Source of the DNA: Octopus vulgaris
Lineage: Eukaryota
Assembly: GCA_951406725.2 (NCBI GenBank)
Contig: OX597839.1
Location: 27,404,001 to 27,468,000, forward strand
Length of the DNA stretch: 64,000 nt
Direction: 5' to 3'
Positions 25,821 through 39,462 of the stretch are shown piece after piece (position 1 is the first letter of the stretch; each line of letters begins with the position of its first letter). The notes beneath the pieces were generated by a model. The model saw only the letters and a program-made list of their open reading frames with translations, did no database searches and was not told where the DNA came from. A program made the position numbers and the translations under genes.

Positions 25821-26908
25821 GTCTGTTTGTCTCTCCCTCTCTCTCTTTCTCCATGTTTGTGTGTATACGTATGTATGTTTGCTCGTGTGTGTGTATGTAT
25901 GTATGTATGTATGTGTATGTATGTGTGTGGATTGTATTTGTCCCCCACCTCCGCTTGACAACCAATTGGTTTGTTTACGACCCGCAAAAGAGACAGCTAG
26001 TATAAGTACCAGGCTGAAAAAAAAAACGCACTGGAGTCGAATCGTTCCATTAAACCCTTCAAGGCAATGCTCCAGTATGGCGGCAGTCGAATAACTGTCC
26101 GAGATTGAAAAGTCGTTCACAAAAATACGTTGGAATTTAAATAGATACTATGACAACAACACTTGCGACAACAACAACAACGCGAAAAACACTAACCGCA
26201 GCAACAACAACACAAACAATAATGACCGCAACAATAACAACCGTAGCAACAAAAGCAACACGAACCCTAACAGCGGCAACAACAACAACAACAACAAGCT
26301 TTTTTGCAAAGCAATATCACAGCTTGAACTCCGATCATACGGGGAACTTCATAATGTAACCTGCGTAAATGCATCAGCGCTTTGGGGCGGGGTAGGGGTG
26401 GAATATAAACGAGACACGTGACTAGAGACACGTGACACGATATTCAATTGTTTATTCTCAAATTTATCTAATTTCACGTCAACAACGAAATTTGCTCAAA
26501 TATGCAATGGCCACCGGAAGTGGAAAAAAAGTATGAATAGTTTAAAGAGCGTGGACCGGAAGAAGACGAGAAGGTAATTAATTTTTCACGAAGACTTTCA
26601 TTTCAAAAAGTGTGTCAACAACGTAAAAAATGTTAGGGAGCTCCTTCTAATCGGGGTGTCACGACACCCCGGTTGGAAAACGTTCTTCTAAATGATTGAA
26701 AAGGTATTTCTGCTTGCAGTTAGGAAATTTTATAAAATCTTCGCCATTTTAATATCTCTCTCGGCTCCTACACATATACATGCCTGCCAGCTTACCTTCC
26801 TACCTACCTACTTACCTACCTACCTATCTACATACATATACATACATACATACATACATACATACATACATACATACATACATACATACACATACATACA
26901 TACATACA

Positions 26909-26940
<32 letters not shown>

Positions 26941-26941
26941 C

Positions 26942-26976
<35 letters not shown>

Positions 26977-27335
26977 GGCGCAGGAGTGGCTGTGTGGTAA
27001 GTAGCTTGCTAACCAACCACATGATTCCGGGTTCAGTCCCACTGCGTGGCATCTTGGGCAAGTGTCTTCTGCTATAGCCCCGGGCCGACCAATGCCTTGT
27101 GAGTGGATTTGGAAAACGGAAACTGAAAGAAGCCTGTCGTGTATATATGTATATATATATATGTGTGTGCTTGTGTGTCCGTGTTTGTCCCCCTAGCATT
27201 GCTTGACAACCGATGCTGGTGTGTTTACGTCCCCGTCACTTAGCGGTTCGGCAAAAAGTGACCGATAGAATAAGTCCCGGGGTCGATTTGCTCGACTAAA
27301 GGCAGTGCTCCAAATGACTGAAACAAGTAAAAGAA
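26977..27335 (+). mobile_element. SINE family A, near full-length
   Basis: tRNA-like head GGCGCAGGAGTGGCTGTGTGGTAAG...GGGTTCAGTCCC, internal TA/TG tract, tail ...TGACTGAAACAAGTAAAAG. Confidence 0.9.
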
Positions 27336-27340
27336 AAAAA

Positions 27341-27386
<46 letters not shown>

Positions 27387-27558
27387 GCATAAGAAATAGA
27401 AGGACCTTGGTATTATTTATTATATATTCGAAAAAACAAAATGAATAGAACTGGCTTTTCTGATAATTTTTTCCACTTTAATAATTAGATGCTTAAATAA
27501 ACATCTAATTATTAAAGTGGAAAAATTATCAAAAGAGACATTTCTATTCAGTTTTTCG

Positions 27559-27610
<52 letters not shown>

Positions 27611-27799
27611 TATATATATCCATATCAGTTACTGTCCCTTTGTACTTATATAATATACACAGGATGATATATATACATATATGTACAAACATAAATACAT
27701 ATATATATAATACACACACACACACATATATATACATGTATATACATATATATTTATCAGTTAGTACACACACATACAAAGATACATACATATACGCAC

Positions 27800-28172
27800 G
27801 TATGTATGTATGTATGTATGTATGCATGTATGTATGTATGTATGCATGTATGTATGTATGCATTTATGTATGTATGTATTTATGTATGTATGTATTTATG
27901 TATGTATGCATTTATGTATGTATGTATGTATGCATTTATGTATGCATGTATGTATGCATTTATGTATGTATGTATGTATGTATGTATGCATGTATGTGTG
28001 CATGTATGTATGTATGTATGTATGTATGTATGTATGTATGTATGTATGTATGTGTGCATGTATGTATGTATGTATGTATGTATGTATGCATGTATGTATG
28101 TATGCATGTATGTATGCATGTATGTATGTATGTATGTATGTATGTATCTATGTATGTATGTATGTATGTATG

Positions 28173-28238
<66 letters not shown>

Positions 28239-28665
28239 TGTATGTATGTATGTATGTATGTATGTATGTATGTATGTATGTATGTATGTATGTATGTATG
28301 TATGTATGTATGTATGTATCTATGTATGTATGTGTGCATGTATGTATGTATGTATGTATGTATGTATGTATGTATGTATGTATGTATGTATGTATGTATG
28401 TATGTATGTATGTATGCATTTATGTATGTATCTATGTATGTATGTATGTATGTATGTATGTATGTATGTATGTATGTATCTATGTATGTATGTATGCATG
28501 TATGTGTGCATGTATGTATGTATGTATGTATGTATGTATGTATGTATGTATGTTTGTATGTATGTATGTATGCATGTATGTATGTATGCATGTATGTATG
28601 TATGTATGTATGCATGTATGTATGTATGCATTTATGTATGTATCTATGTATGTATGTATGTATAT
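27800..28665. repeat. (TATG)n microsatellite, ~860 bp
   Basis: Direct inspection. Confidence 0.98.
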
Positions 28666-28971
28666 ACGACACACGTAAACGTTAACCAAAAACATTTGTC
28701 AAGGGCACATAGGCTGGAGAACCACACAGGGTAAATCCCGAGCCGTAGAGAATTCGGTTCAAAGCCGGGCTGGTCGCAAAGTATTAGAAAATACACCAGA
28801 TTAATGGTTAGTTCGTGTATGGAAGCAAATATACTCGTATTCCCCTGAAGCATTATCTTCGTATTCCTTTGCAACAGAGATTCTTTCTTATCAAAACCAG
28901 GTCGCTGAAATCTGTTCCTACAGATTGATCGCTTTGGCATGTCACGTGATTTGTGTTAATCAATGAAGTGA

Positions 28972-29237
28972 TGGAAGCACTCCGTCGGTTACGACGACGA
29001 GGGTTCCGGTTGATCCGATCAACAGAACAGCCTGCTCGTGAAATTAACGTGTAAGTGGCTGAGCACTCCACAGACACGTGTACCCTTAACGTAGTTCTCG
29101 GGGATATTCAGCGTGACACAGAGAGTGACAAGGCCGGCCCTTTGAAATACAGGTACAACAGAAACAGGAAGTAAGAGTGAGAGAAAGTTGTGCTGAAAGA
29201 GTACAGCAGGGATAACCACCATCCCCTGCCGGAGCCT
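28972..29237 (-). mobile_element. SINE family D (tail type 1), 5'-truncated
   Basis: Reverse complement of ~43765-44031. Confidence 0.9.
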
Positions 29238-29239
29238 GA

Positions 29240-29812
29240 TTTCTGATTATAAATATCTTGGGTCATACATATCATCATCTGGAAAAGACTTTCTAACTAG
29301 AAAGGGTATGGCCTGGTCAGCCCGTAATGACAGGCATAAGATCTGGTCATCAAATCTAAGTAGAGATTTCAAACTTGAAATCTTCAAAGCCACAGTCGAA
29401 CCAATTCTACTATATGGCTCAGAAACCTGGACGTTATCAAAGAAGCTTGAGAGGCGGTTGGATGGAACCTACACTCGCCTCCTTAAGAGAGCTCAAAATC
29501 TCTCGTGGAAGCGCCATCCAACCAAAATGCAAATATATGGGAAACTACCACCTGTGTCATCTCTTGTGAAAGGTAAGAGAGTCCAGTTTGCTGGACATTG
29601 TTGTAGAGCTGAAAAAGAAGTAATTTCTACTCTTCTCCTCTAGAAGCCATCTACTCGCAATACCAGAGGGCGCACACTCTCCTACCCTGATGTAATCTCC
29701 AGGGATACAGGCATCCAGCAACAGGACCTCCGTAATGCCATGATGGACCGTGAAGTCTGGCGTAGCATGGTAAATTCCATTGTCTCGACCACAGTCGAAC
29801 AATGATGATGAT
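29240..29812 (+). mobile_element. 3' fragment of an RTE/RTEX-type LINE
   Basis: YKYLGS...KIWSSNLSRDFKLEIFKATVEPILLYGSETWTL...FAGHC...DREVWR, followed by a (TGA)n tail. Confidence 0.85.
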
Positions 29813-30379
29813 AAAGAAATAAGACACGTTAAGAAGCCGGGTGAAATGCTTAGCGGTATTTCGTCTGAGATCAAATTCCACCGAGGTCGACTTTGCCTTT
29901 TATCTTTTCAGGGTCGATAAATTAAGTACCAGTTGCGTACTGGGGTTTATCTAATCGACTTGCCCCCTTCCCCAGAATATCGGGCCTTGTGCCTAGAGTT
30001 GAAAAGCTTCTTATAAAACGCTTGCGTGTCAGCTTACCTCAAAACCATTTTTTTTTCAATTCCCCAGTAATATAAAATGTCACTTGCACGCGCATTTCTT
30101 GTTTATTTTCGATTCTGCGATATTATTTTGACAAGATAAAACATTATGAGAGCTCATTGAAATATCTATAAATAATTGCAATATTTTTTCATGTGTATTG
30201 TTATCTCCTTCGTTTAAAAAAAAAAAATCATACAAAATGGATGTCAGCCTCATTTCGTTCACGTTCACGCGAACTCCATGTCTGCTCATCGCTACAGCTG
30301 CGTATTTATTCGCTATTTTTTTCTCTAGCTTCCTTCTTGCACGGCGTTTCGTATATTATCGGAAGGTAATAGAGGGAAG

Positions 30380-30595
30380 AACCTCCTCCTCCTCCTTCTT
30401 CTTCTTCTTCTTCTTCTTCTTCTTCTTCTTCTTCTTCTTCTTCTTCTTCTTCTTCTTCTTCTTCTTCTTCTTCTACCTTCTTCTTCTTCTTGTTCTTCTT
30501 CTACCTTCTTGTTGTTGTTGTTGTTGTTCTTCTTCTTCTTCTTCTTCTTCTTCTTCTTCTTCTACCTTGTTGTTGTTGTTGTTCTTCTTCTTCTC

Positions 30596-30628
<33 letters not shown>

Positions 30629-30785
30629 TCCTTCTTCTTCTTCTTCTCTTTCTTTTTCTTCTTCTTCCTATTCTTCCTATGCTTCCTCTTCTTCTTCTTC
30701 TTTTCTTCTTCTTTTCTTCTTCTTTTCTTCTTCTCTTTCTTCTTCTTCTTCCTCTTCTTCTTCTTCCTCTTCTTCTTCTTTCTCT

Positions 30786-30826
<41 letters not shown>

Positions 30827-31075
30827 TTCTTCTTCTTCTTCTTCCTCCTATTCTTCCTATTCTTCCTCTTCTTCTTTTTCTTCTTCTTCTTTTTCTTCTT
30901 CTTCTCCTCCTCCTCCTCCTCCTTCTTCTTCTTCTTCTCCTCCTCCTCCTTCTTCTTCTCCTCCTCCTCCTTCTTCCTCCTCCTCCTCCTCTTCTTCTTC
31001 TTCTTCTTCTTCTTCTTCTTCTCCTTCTTCTCCTCCTCCTCTACTTTCCTCCTTCTCCTCCACTTCTTCTCATTT
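30380..31075. repeat. (TTC)n/(TCC)n polypyrimidine trinucleotide tract
   Basis: Direct inspection. Confidence 0.95.
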
Positions 31076-31236
31076 CTGCATCTCGGCAGCATTTCTCTCA
31101 TTCTTTCTCGTTTTCTTTCTTCTCTCATTCTTCTCCTCCACCACCACCTCCCTTCACCACCCGCCACCTTCTTTTTCTCTCCACCCCCATCGTACATGAA
31201 TATGCGACTATCCGCTTAATCAGAATATATAAATAC

Positions 31237-31274
<38 letters not shown>

Positions 31275-31545
31275 TAATAATAACAATAATAATAATAATA
31301 AGATAAAGAAAGAATGAAAGAAAGAACGAAAAATAGAAATATCGAAAGAAAGAAAATGGACAGCCTTACTCCAAGATTAACAACAACAAGAACAATCTAA
31401 TCAAGGTCAATGAAATGTTGTAAACGCAAAACCGTTTCGAATTCAAGACACGAATTGTTGGGCAGGTGGTTATGTGGGAATGGTGGACAATTGCAGTTAT
31501 TTAACTGGGGAGAGAGGGAGAGAGATATAGGGGAGATAGATAGAG

Positions 31546-31579
<34 letters not shown>

Positions 31580-32785
31580 ATGGAGAGAGAGAGAGAAGTG
31601 GAGAGCTGTGTTGATGTGACGAAGGACAAAGTGGAAGAAGTGAATATGAATGAAGAGTAAAAGAAGAGAAGGAGAAAGGGAGAGAGAGATAGAAAAAGAA
31701 AGACAGAGAGAGACACACACAGAAATGGAGAAACAGAGAAAAAGGGGGACGAAACAGAGCGAGGGCTCGCAAGTGTGAGAGAGAGAAAGACGGAGAGAGA
31801 GAGAGAGACAAAAAGAAAGATGGAAAGAGAGACAGGGAAGAGAGAGAGAGAGAGACAGGAAGAGAGAGAGAGAAAGAGAGACAGGTAGAGAGAGAAAGAC
31901 GGAGAGAGAGAGAGACAAAGAGAAAGATGGAAAGAGAGACAGGGAGAGAGAGAAAGACGGAGAGAGAGAGAGAGACAAAAAGAAAGATGGAAAGAGAGAG
32001 AGAGAGAGAGAGGAGAGACTGAGAAGAAGAAGGAAAGAGAGAGAGAAAGAGAGAGAAAGGAGACCTAGATTTCTCTGGCAATGGTTGACGAACGAATGTT
32101 CGGAAGTGTATACCTTACTATCTGTGTACGTGTGTGTGTGTGTGCCTTTGTGTGCCATTAATTATTGCTTTTCTTTCGTACTTTTCTCATTTTAATTATA
32201 TCTGTGTTAATGGGGATGCGATTGTTTTCTACTTTTTCAGTTTGTTGAATTCTGTTATACACACACACACGCACACACATACATGCACACACATACATGC
32301 ACACACACGCACACACACACCAAGCACATACATACACACACACATACGCAAACACATACATGCACACACACACACACGCAACACATACATGCACACACAC
32401 ACACGCAAACACATACATGCACACACACACACACGCAAACACATACATGCACACACACGCACACACACCAAGCACATACATACACACACACGCACATACA
32501 TACACATACATACACACACATACACACATACATACATACATACACACACATACACACACACATACATACATACATACGTACACACACACATACACGCATA
32601 CATGCATACACACACGTGTATATATATATATGTGTGTGTGAGTGTGTGTGTGTTCCTTGGTATTCTTTCTGTTATTTTAGGAATTGTTTTTTGCACTGAA
32701 GGACCAAAGTTTTTTGGGGTTTTTTATGAATTAATTTTACCTGAACAATGCACATATATTAACGTAGACATACACACACACACAC

Positions 32786-32841
<56 letters not shown>

Positions 32842-33301
32842 TCTTAATATTTTATATTTCTCACATATTATGTTTTACATTTTTTTTCGATTTCTTTTTC
32901 TTTATATTTCATATTTTCCCTAATTTTTCATCTCCCTAAACCTTTCCTCTGCACATGAGAATATACAAGGAAAATTGTTATCACATTTGGGCCGATACAC
33001 CCGCTGGCGTTCTTTCTTTCTCCTTGACCATATTCAAAAGTGAGTTTTTAACATCACTGGTCTTGCTTTAACAGTCAAACTTCAACCAGTCACTCATCAC
33101 CAGGGCATTGCATTTCTATATCTATTCTATAAATACTAACAAAGTCTGTACTACTAATACCGTTGTTCTGTTGGAACTTCTACTCTTGTGATTGGTATTA
33201 AGGTTACCAATCGAGTGACTCGTCGTGCTGCGAATTCTTCCCTTTTTTTGGTTTTTGTTCTTCTTAGAAGAAACATTTTTACTTCAGTAATTTCCTCAAA
33301 C

Positions 33302-33600
33302 CGCAATGGCCCAGTGGTTAGGGCAGCGGATTCGCGGTCGGAGGATCGCGGTTTCGATTCCCAGACCGGGCGTTATGTGTGTTTATTGAACGAAAACACC
33401 TAAAGCTCCACGAGGCTCCAGCAGGGGGTGTTGGCGACCCCTGTTGTACTCTTTCGCTCCAACTTTCTCTCACTCTTTCTTCTTGTTTCTTGAGTAACGC
33501 TGCAATGGACTGGCGTCCCGTCCAGTTTGGGGGAACACATACGCCACAGAAACCGGGAAACCGGGCCCATGAGGCTGGTTAGGCTTGAAAAGGGTGCATA
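33302..33600 (+). mobile_element. SINE family D head with V-domain-like body (tail type 3)
   Basis: Same tRNA head as 43647; body contains ATGGACTGGCGTCCCGTCCAG. Confidence 0.75.
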
Positions 33601-33719
33601 AATGATAAATATAAGTTTATTTGCCAATATAATGCGGCAGAATTTTACTGTTATTTAGCCCCAGGAAACATAGTTTCCAGGTGGCTATACGATACACTAT
33701 TTTTCTCCTTATATTTTCA

Positions 33720-34320
33720 AACGAGGGAGTTTAGCGTCCCTACTCAGCACAAAGCAATATCTGCGTATCGCGGTTCCTGGGTTATTTCCCGTCGTCAGCA
33801 TAGAATAACTGCTTGGCGCAGCTAAATTCTTGTTACTTGTTGTGCTTCCGATGTAGGATGCGCCACATTTGCGTAGATGTTTCGACATCGGAAGCACGAC
33901 GAGAAAACTGCATATCCGCATTAAGGAACACGTGCAGGAAGACACTTCCGTAAAGAAACATCTACGGAAATACTATACTCGGGAATTCATAGCGCACATC
34001 AAGGCAGCACAGCGGAACAGGGCAACCTCTGAATCTCTGAGGCCATCCTCATACACCAAAAGAAACCTAAGATCAACAATAGAAGGGAGTTACAGGAAGC
34101 TAGCTGGTTGCTATAGCAACACCCTTCTGTGCATGTCCACTCCACTCATGCACATCGGCAACATTCGTCAATTTCTTGAAAATAGGGCCATAGCCCCGAA
34201 ATATTCAATACAAAGGAAGTCTACATTAATTTACATATTTATTTTCCTGCGATTTACCTTGCGTTTAATTCGCATTGTTTTGGCCTCACCCACGATCTTT
34301 TATGCTCTACACAATGCGTC
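33720..34320 (+). mobile_element. Penelope-like element remnant (GIY-YIG endonuclease C-terminal part)
   Basis: IGSTTRKLHIRIKEH and, after a frameshift, EAILIHQKKPKINNRRE; inverted hammerhead-like motif at 33762-33801. Confidence 0.75.
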
Positions 34321-34675
34321 ATAGTAATTGCCCCAGCATGGCCACAGCTCGTAAGCTGAAACTAGATGAAAATGAAAAATGGAAAAAAAAATGTGTGTGT
34401 GTATGTATTATTTTATTCATTTCAGTCATTTTGACACGACCATGCTAGAGCACCGCCTCTAGTCGAACAAATCAACCCCAGGACTTAATTTTGTGGGCCC
34501 ACTATTTATTCTATCGGTCTGTTTTGCGGAACAGCTAAGTTACGGGAACGTAAACACATCAACATCAATTGTGAAGTGATGGTGGGATGGTGGGTCGGAC
34601 CGAGGCTATAATAGAAGACACTTTTCCCAAAGTGCCACACAGTGGGACTGAACTCGGAACCAATTCGTATATATA

Positions 34676-34714
<39 letters not shown>

Positions 34715-34727
34715 AGAAAGAGAGAGA

Positions 34728-34763
<36 letters not shown>

Positions 34764-34768
<5 letters not shown>

Positions 34769-35167
34769 AATATTAGGGAATAAATCCAAATTTACAGGGA
34801 AAAAAATCAGATTTAGGATTAAATCCAATTTTATAGTAAAATATTATATAATATTAATTAGAGACAAAACCACTATTTTGCAAAACAAACAAGGAAAGAC
34901 TTAATCAATACATAAAATTTTAATAAAAAGTAAAAAACCGCCACTACAATTGTTTGATGTCCTGATCGACAATCTTCAGGTGGATTTCCAATTTTCAAGT
35001 CAGTTTCAAATAATTTGAAACTGACTTGAAAATTAGAAATCCACCTGAAGATTGTCGATCAGGACATGAAACAATTGTAGTGGCGGTTTTTTTACTTTTT
35101 ATTAAAATTTTATGTATTGATTAAGTCTTTCCTTGTTTGTTTTGCAAAATAGTGGTTTTGTCTCTAA

Positions 35168-35180
<13 letters not shown>
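34764..35180. mobile_element. Fold-back family H1 element in (TA)n with ~167-bp inverted arms
   Basis: Arms 34845-35011 and 35013-35180 differ by about 2 substitutions and 1 indel. Confidence 0.85.
35041..35083 (+). ncRNA. Minimal type-I hammerhead ribozyme
   Basis: CCAC-CTGAAGA-T-TGTC GATCAG GACA-T-GAAA-CAATTG-TA-GTGG; intact core, palindromic stem III, GUA cleavage triplet. Confidence 0.8.
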
Positions 35181-35209
<29 letters not shown>

Positions 35210-35886
35210 ACACACACACATATATATATCACGTAATCACATGACCAACCAGAAACTATCAGATGTTGTTACACATCACTGGTCACAATGCGGTTTTGCA
35301 TTGTTCTAGCCTTCATGTGACGCCACCCCGCTGGTTAGGCGAGCAGGCCACCATTCCCTCACTGATCGAAAGGGGGCACTGGAGCAACGTGGAATGAAGT
35401 GTTTTGCTCAAGAACAGTACGTGCCGCCCAGTTAGGGAATCGAAACCACGCTCTATTGATCGTGAGTGCAACAGCGTAACCACAAGGCCACGCCCAAATA
35501 TACATCTTGACACACATTACATGTATATCGTTATGCGAAGTCACTGACCTCTTGGTCAGTGGTTTGAGTTCTATTTTTAGTCTTTCATTTTTTTCTGTTT
35601 TTTCTTCTTTGTTTGTTTTTTTATGGCCGAGGTGTAATCTTTTGCCTCGTTTCAAACGTTTTTCTACGGCCATGCTGCAGTTATGACAAGGTCGGAGTAG
35701 GGCTTCGGGAGTGAGTTGTCAGCTTCGAAAAAATACGTATATTGAGCACTACCAATTACACTTGTTCATCCAAACTTGTATGCACATATATATGTCTGTC
35801 TGTCTGCCTGTCTATCTATCTATCTATCCATCCATCTATCTATCTATCCGTCCCTCTCTATCTATCTATCTATCTATCTATCTATA

Positions 35887-35937
<51 letters not shown>

Positions 35938-36223
35938 ATATCTATCTATCTATCTATCGATATATATATATATATATATCGATCGATCGATCGATCCATT
36001 CGTCTGTCTGTCTGTTTGTGTTTTTTGTGTTTGTCCATCCATCAATGTATGACGTCCAGTGTTGGTGTGTTTTCATGGACGCAATTTAGCTGTTCGTCAA
36101 AAAAGATCGATAGCATAAGTACTAGACTCCAAAACTAAAAACAATAAAAGTTTCAAGGCGATGCTTCAACATTGCCGCAATCAAATGACTGATACAAATG
36201 AAAGAATATACATACATACATAC

Positions 36224-36266
<43 letters not shown>

Positions 36267-36568
36267 AGAAACGTACGTTCTCAAATAACCTTTGCACTTG
36301 ATTTTTTAATGTTTTTTCCCCCATACCTTTGTGAGTTGGTTTAGGCAAACACAATCTGAGAGAGATCTTCTTTAAGTATTAGAAATAGCTGAAGAAATTT
36401 CTTTAGCTGCTATTTCTAATGAGTTCAGTATGTGGCAAAGTAATTTATTTTACTAAGCCCTTATATATAATGTAATATTTTGAATTCGCCTAAAATGGTC
36501 CCTTTACATACTGAATACTTGGTGAAATTGATTAATAATTAATTAATTTTACCCTCAATTGTTGAAAT

Positions 36569-36604
<36 letters not shown>

Positions 36605-36802
36605 ACCTCGTGAGCACCGCCAGCAAAATTTTTTTCCTCTGTCTTCCCTTCTCGGGATCTTTCCTTCTCCTTTGTTTCCGACGAAGAGCTCCGCTCGAAA
36701 CGTTAAACCCTCCTTCTTTCCTTCTTTCCTGAGCGTCCAATAATACTTAATTTGTTCCACGTCCTCGCGTTGTTGTGTTTTTTTGTGTTTTCTTGTTTGG
36801 AT

Positions 36803-36808
<6 letters not shown>
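36605..36808 (+). mobile_element. Family H3 hammerhead element between (TG)n and (TA)n
   Basis: GTTT-CCGACGA-A-GAGCTCCGCTC-GAAA-CGTT-AAAC at ~36674-36708; partial copies at 47515-47612 and 59608-59702. Confidence 0.7.
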
Positions 36809-36840
<32 letters not shown>

Positions 36841-36863
36841 CAAATATATATATATATAAAAAT

Positions 36864-36924
<61 letters not shown>

Positions 36925-37985
36925 CAAATATATATATATATACATATACACACATACACACACACACATATATATACACACACACCCACCCACCCACACA
37001 TACACACATATATTTTATATAGTAGAAGACACCTGTTTAAGGTGTCACACAGTGGTACTGTACTCGGGACTATGTGGTTGAGAAGCTAACATCTCATATA
37101 TATATGTGTGTGTGTGTGTGTGTGCATGTGTGTGTGTGTATGTGCGTGTGTGTGTGTGCGTGCAAATCAAAGTTGTTCCTAGTGACGTTAGCATTTAGCA
37201 ATAACAATAATGAGTCTATAATTGTTACTGTTGATTGTTGATTGTCGTTGTTGTTGTTCTTATTGCTATTGTTGTTGTTGTTGTTGTTGTGAGCATTGCT
37301 TCAGGTCGCCGCTAGGAGGTGCGCAGTGACTATTAAGTCACGTTCGGGTTCTGCGTATGACTTGCGTTGATGTCAGATTTAAACTGCAGCATTAAACTGC
37401 AGTACTTGGCTGGCTTCCTGTGGCACTGGACTGCAGCTAGTCGTTGCAGTAGCACCAGATATCGATCCGGATACGAACTTTATTGGAACTTAATTTGATA
37501 GGTTTCTGAATTGTGCAGACGTAAATAGTTTCGATGAGTGAGAGTCGAGAGTCTGGTTGATGGTGGTGGTGGGCCTGTAGGGATTGGTATGGCTAACGTT
37601 GTTCCTTGACAGTGCACGTAGGGTCCAGGGCATTTTATACCTGACAATACGCAATTCCTTCCAACGTCTGATTACAACATGATACTTTAAAATATGACGA
37701 GATAAATATATGTGTGTGTGTGTGCATGTGTATGTGTGTGTGTGTGTGTGTGTAGAAATGATATACTTATCTATCTGTCTGTCTGTCTATCTATCTATCT
37801 ATATATATATATATTTATATATATATATGTGTGTGTGTGTGTATATATGTGTGTGTGTGTATATATATGTGTGTGTGTATATGTGTGTGTGTATATATGT
37901 GTGTGTGTATGTGTATATATATATATGTGTGTGTGTGTATATATATATGTGTGTGTGTGTGTATATATATATGTGTGTGTGTGTG

Positions 37986-38054
<69 letters not shown>

Positions 38055-38067
38055 GTGTGTGTGTGTG

Positions 38068-38098
<31 letters not shown>

Positions 38099-38109
38099 AC
38101 ACATATATA

Positions 38110-38302
38110 TATGGTTGAAACTTAAAACAAAAGACGAAGACAGGTGTATGAACAACAGGCAAGTGTATTAGTTTGACGCCCGGGAAAATGAAAAAAAATC
38201 TTGTACGTTTTGAGCCTACGCTCTTTCAACAGAAAGGAATAAGAGAAATAAACAGAAGAGAGTATGCAAAAACATGTAGAGTTCAGCGGTCCCGCATGGC
38301 GA

Positions 38303-38305
<3 letters not shown>
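38110..38305 (-). mobile_element. Family H2 hammerhead element (degenerate) in (TA)n
   Basis: Homologous to 39955-40138, 49033-49250 and 61050-61250. Confidence 0.7.
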
Positions 38306-38339
<34 letters not shown>

Positions 38340-38350
<11 letters not shown>

Positions 38351-38725
38351 CTGAAGTTGTTTGTGTATGGCAGGTTTGGTAGCCTTCAACTAACACTATC
38401 TCCTCCAAGACCCTGCAGCGCAAGTTGACCAAAATTGAGAGTATGATAGAAGAAGGCTTGCTCTTCCTTCCGTAGAAAAAAAAATTCAAATCGGACCATG
38501 TTAGCACCAAAAGTTATTTACATCAAAAAGGTGCTTTTTTTCTATGAAAATCCCTACTTTTTACGATTTTTTGACTGCTGTGTCGCCATTTTCCGGTGTA
38601 TTTCAGCCAGAAAAATGTTCGCTTAAAGAGAATAACAAACTACATAATGCAAAATTTTTACTTTTCAAAAATTCCAATTCTTAAGGGTTGAAAGAAACCC
38701 GAGTAACACCGGGCAATACTGCTAG
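38340..38725 (+). mobile_element. Non-autonomous Helitron (third body type)
   Basis: 3' end AAACCCGAGTAACACCGGGCAATACTGCTAG|T; 5' end merges with (TA)n (TATATAAAG). Confidence 0.7.
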
Positions 38726-39462
38726 TATATATATATAGTTAATAAAATATATTCAATGAGGATATAGTATACTGAATTTCAAATAAGTGCTCTTGATAGG
38801 GAAATGTCGAAAACCTTAAAGGTATTTAGAGATTTAATAAGAAGCATTATTCACATGTAGACATAGGTTTTATAAAACTTTTAAACACTCTAAGAGATCA
38901 TCAATATTCACGTTAATATCTTGTTCTTCATATTGTGGTATCTTAATAAAATAATAGGATTTTGCAAGTAAGAAAAAAGAAAGTTTAAATTCAATTATTT
39001 TGAGTATATACATATTCACATCATATAAATTATCCATTGGCTGAGTGTCGGAAATATGTCTTCTTGAAACTTGAACCTGTACACCTCTAATGTACAACAA
39101 ACTGGTTTTACATATAGTAATCTAAATATAACATTAATTTTCTCTACAGAGGGTCAGTACACGGCTATTTTGACATTTGCATAAATTATAATAATGATAT
39201 CTTCCAGTTTTGTATATATAACTAAAATACTAAAAATTCAACCACTTTTATTTTCTGCATTTATGGATCACATATTGAAGAGAATGGAATTATGGGATTT
39301 ATATCTACACACAGCCATTATGGATTACTGCAGGGGATTTTACCACCGATTTATATTATTTCTTCAAAATTTTTAGCCCAAGTTTGTACCAATGCACATC
39401 TTTATCATACGTTTTTTAAATAGCATCTCTCTCATTCGATTGAATACATGGAAATTCCTCCT

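Noticed and set aside
27517-28734. 405-aa and overlapping long ORFs (MYVC...)
   Set aside because: Translations of (TATG)n; no coding signal.
30198-32847. Poly-Ser/Leu/Phe/Lys and HT-repeat ORFs
   Set aside because: Simple-repeat artefacts open in several frames.
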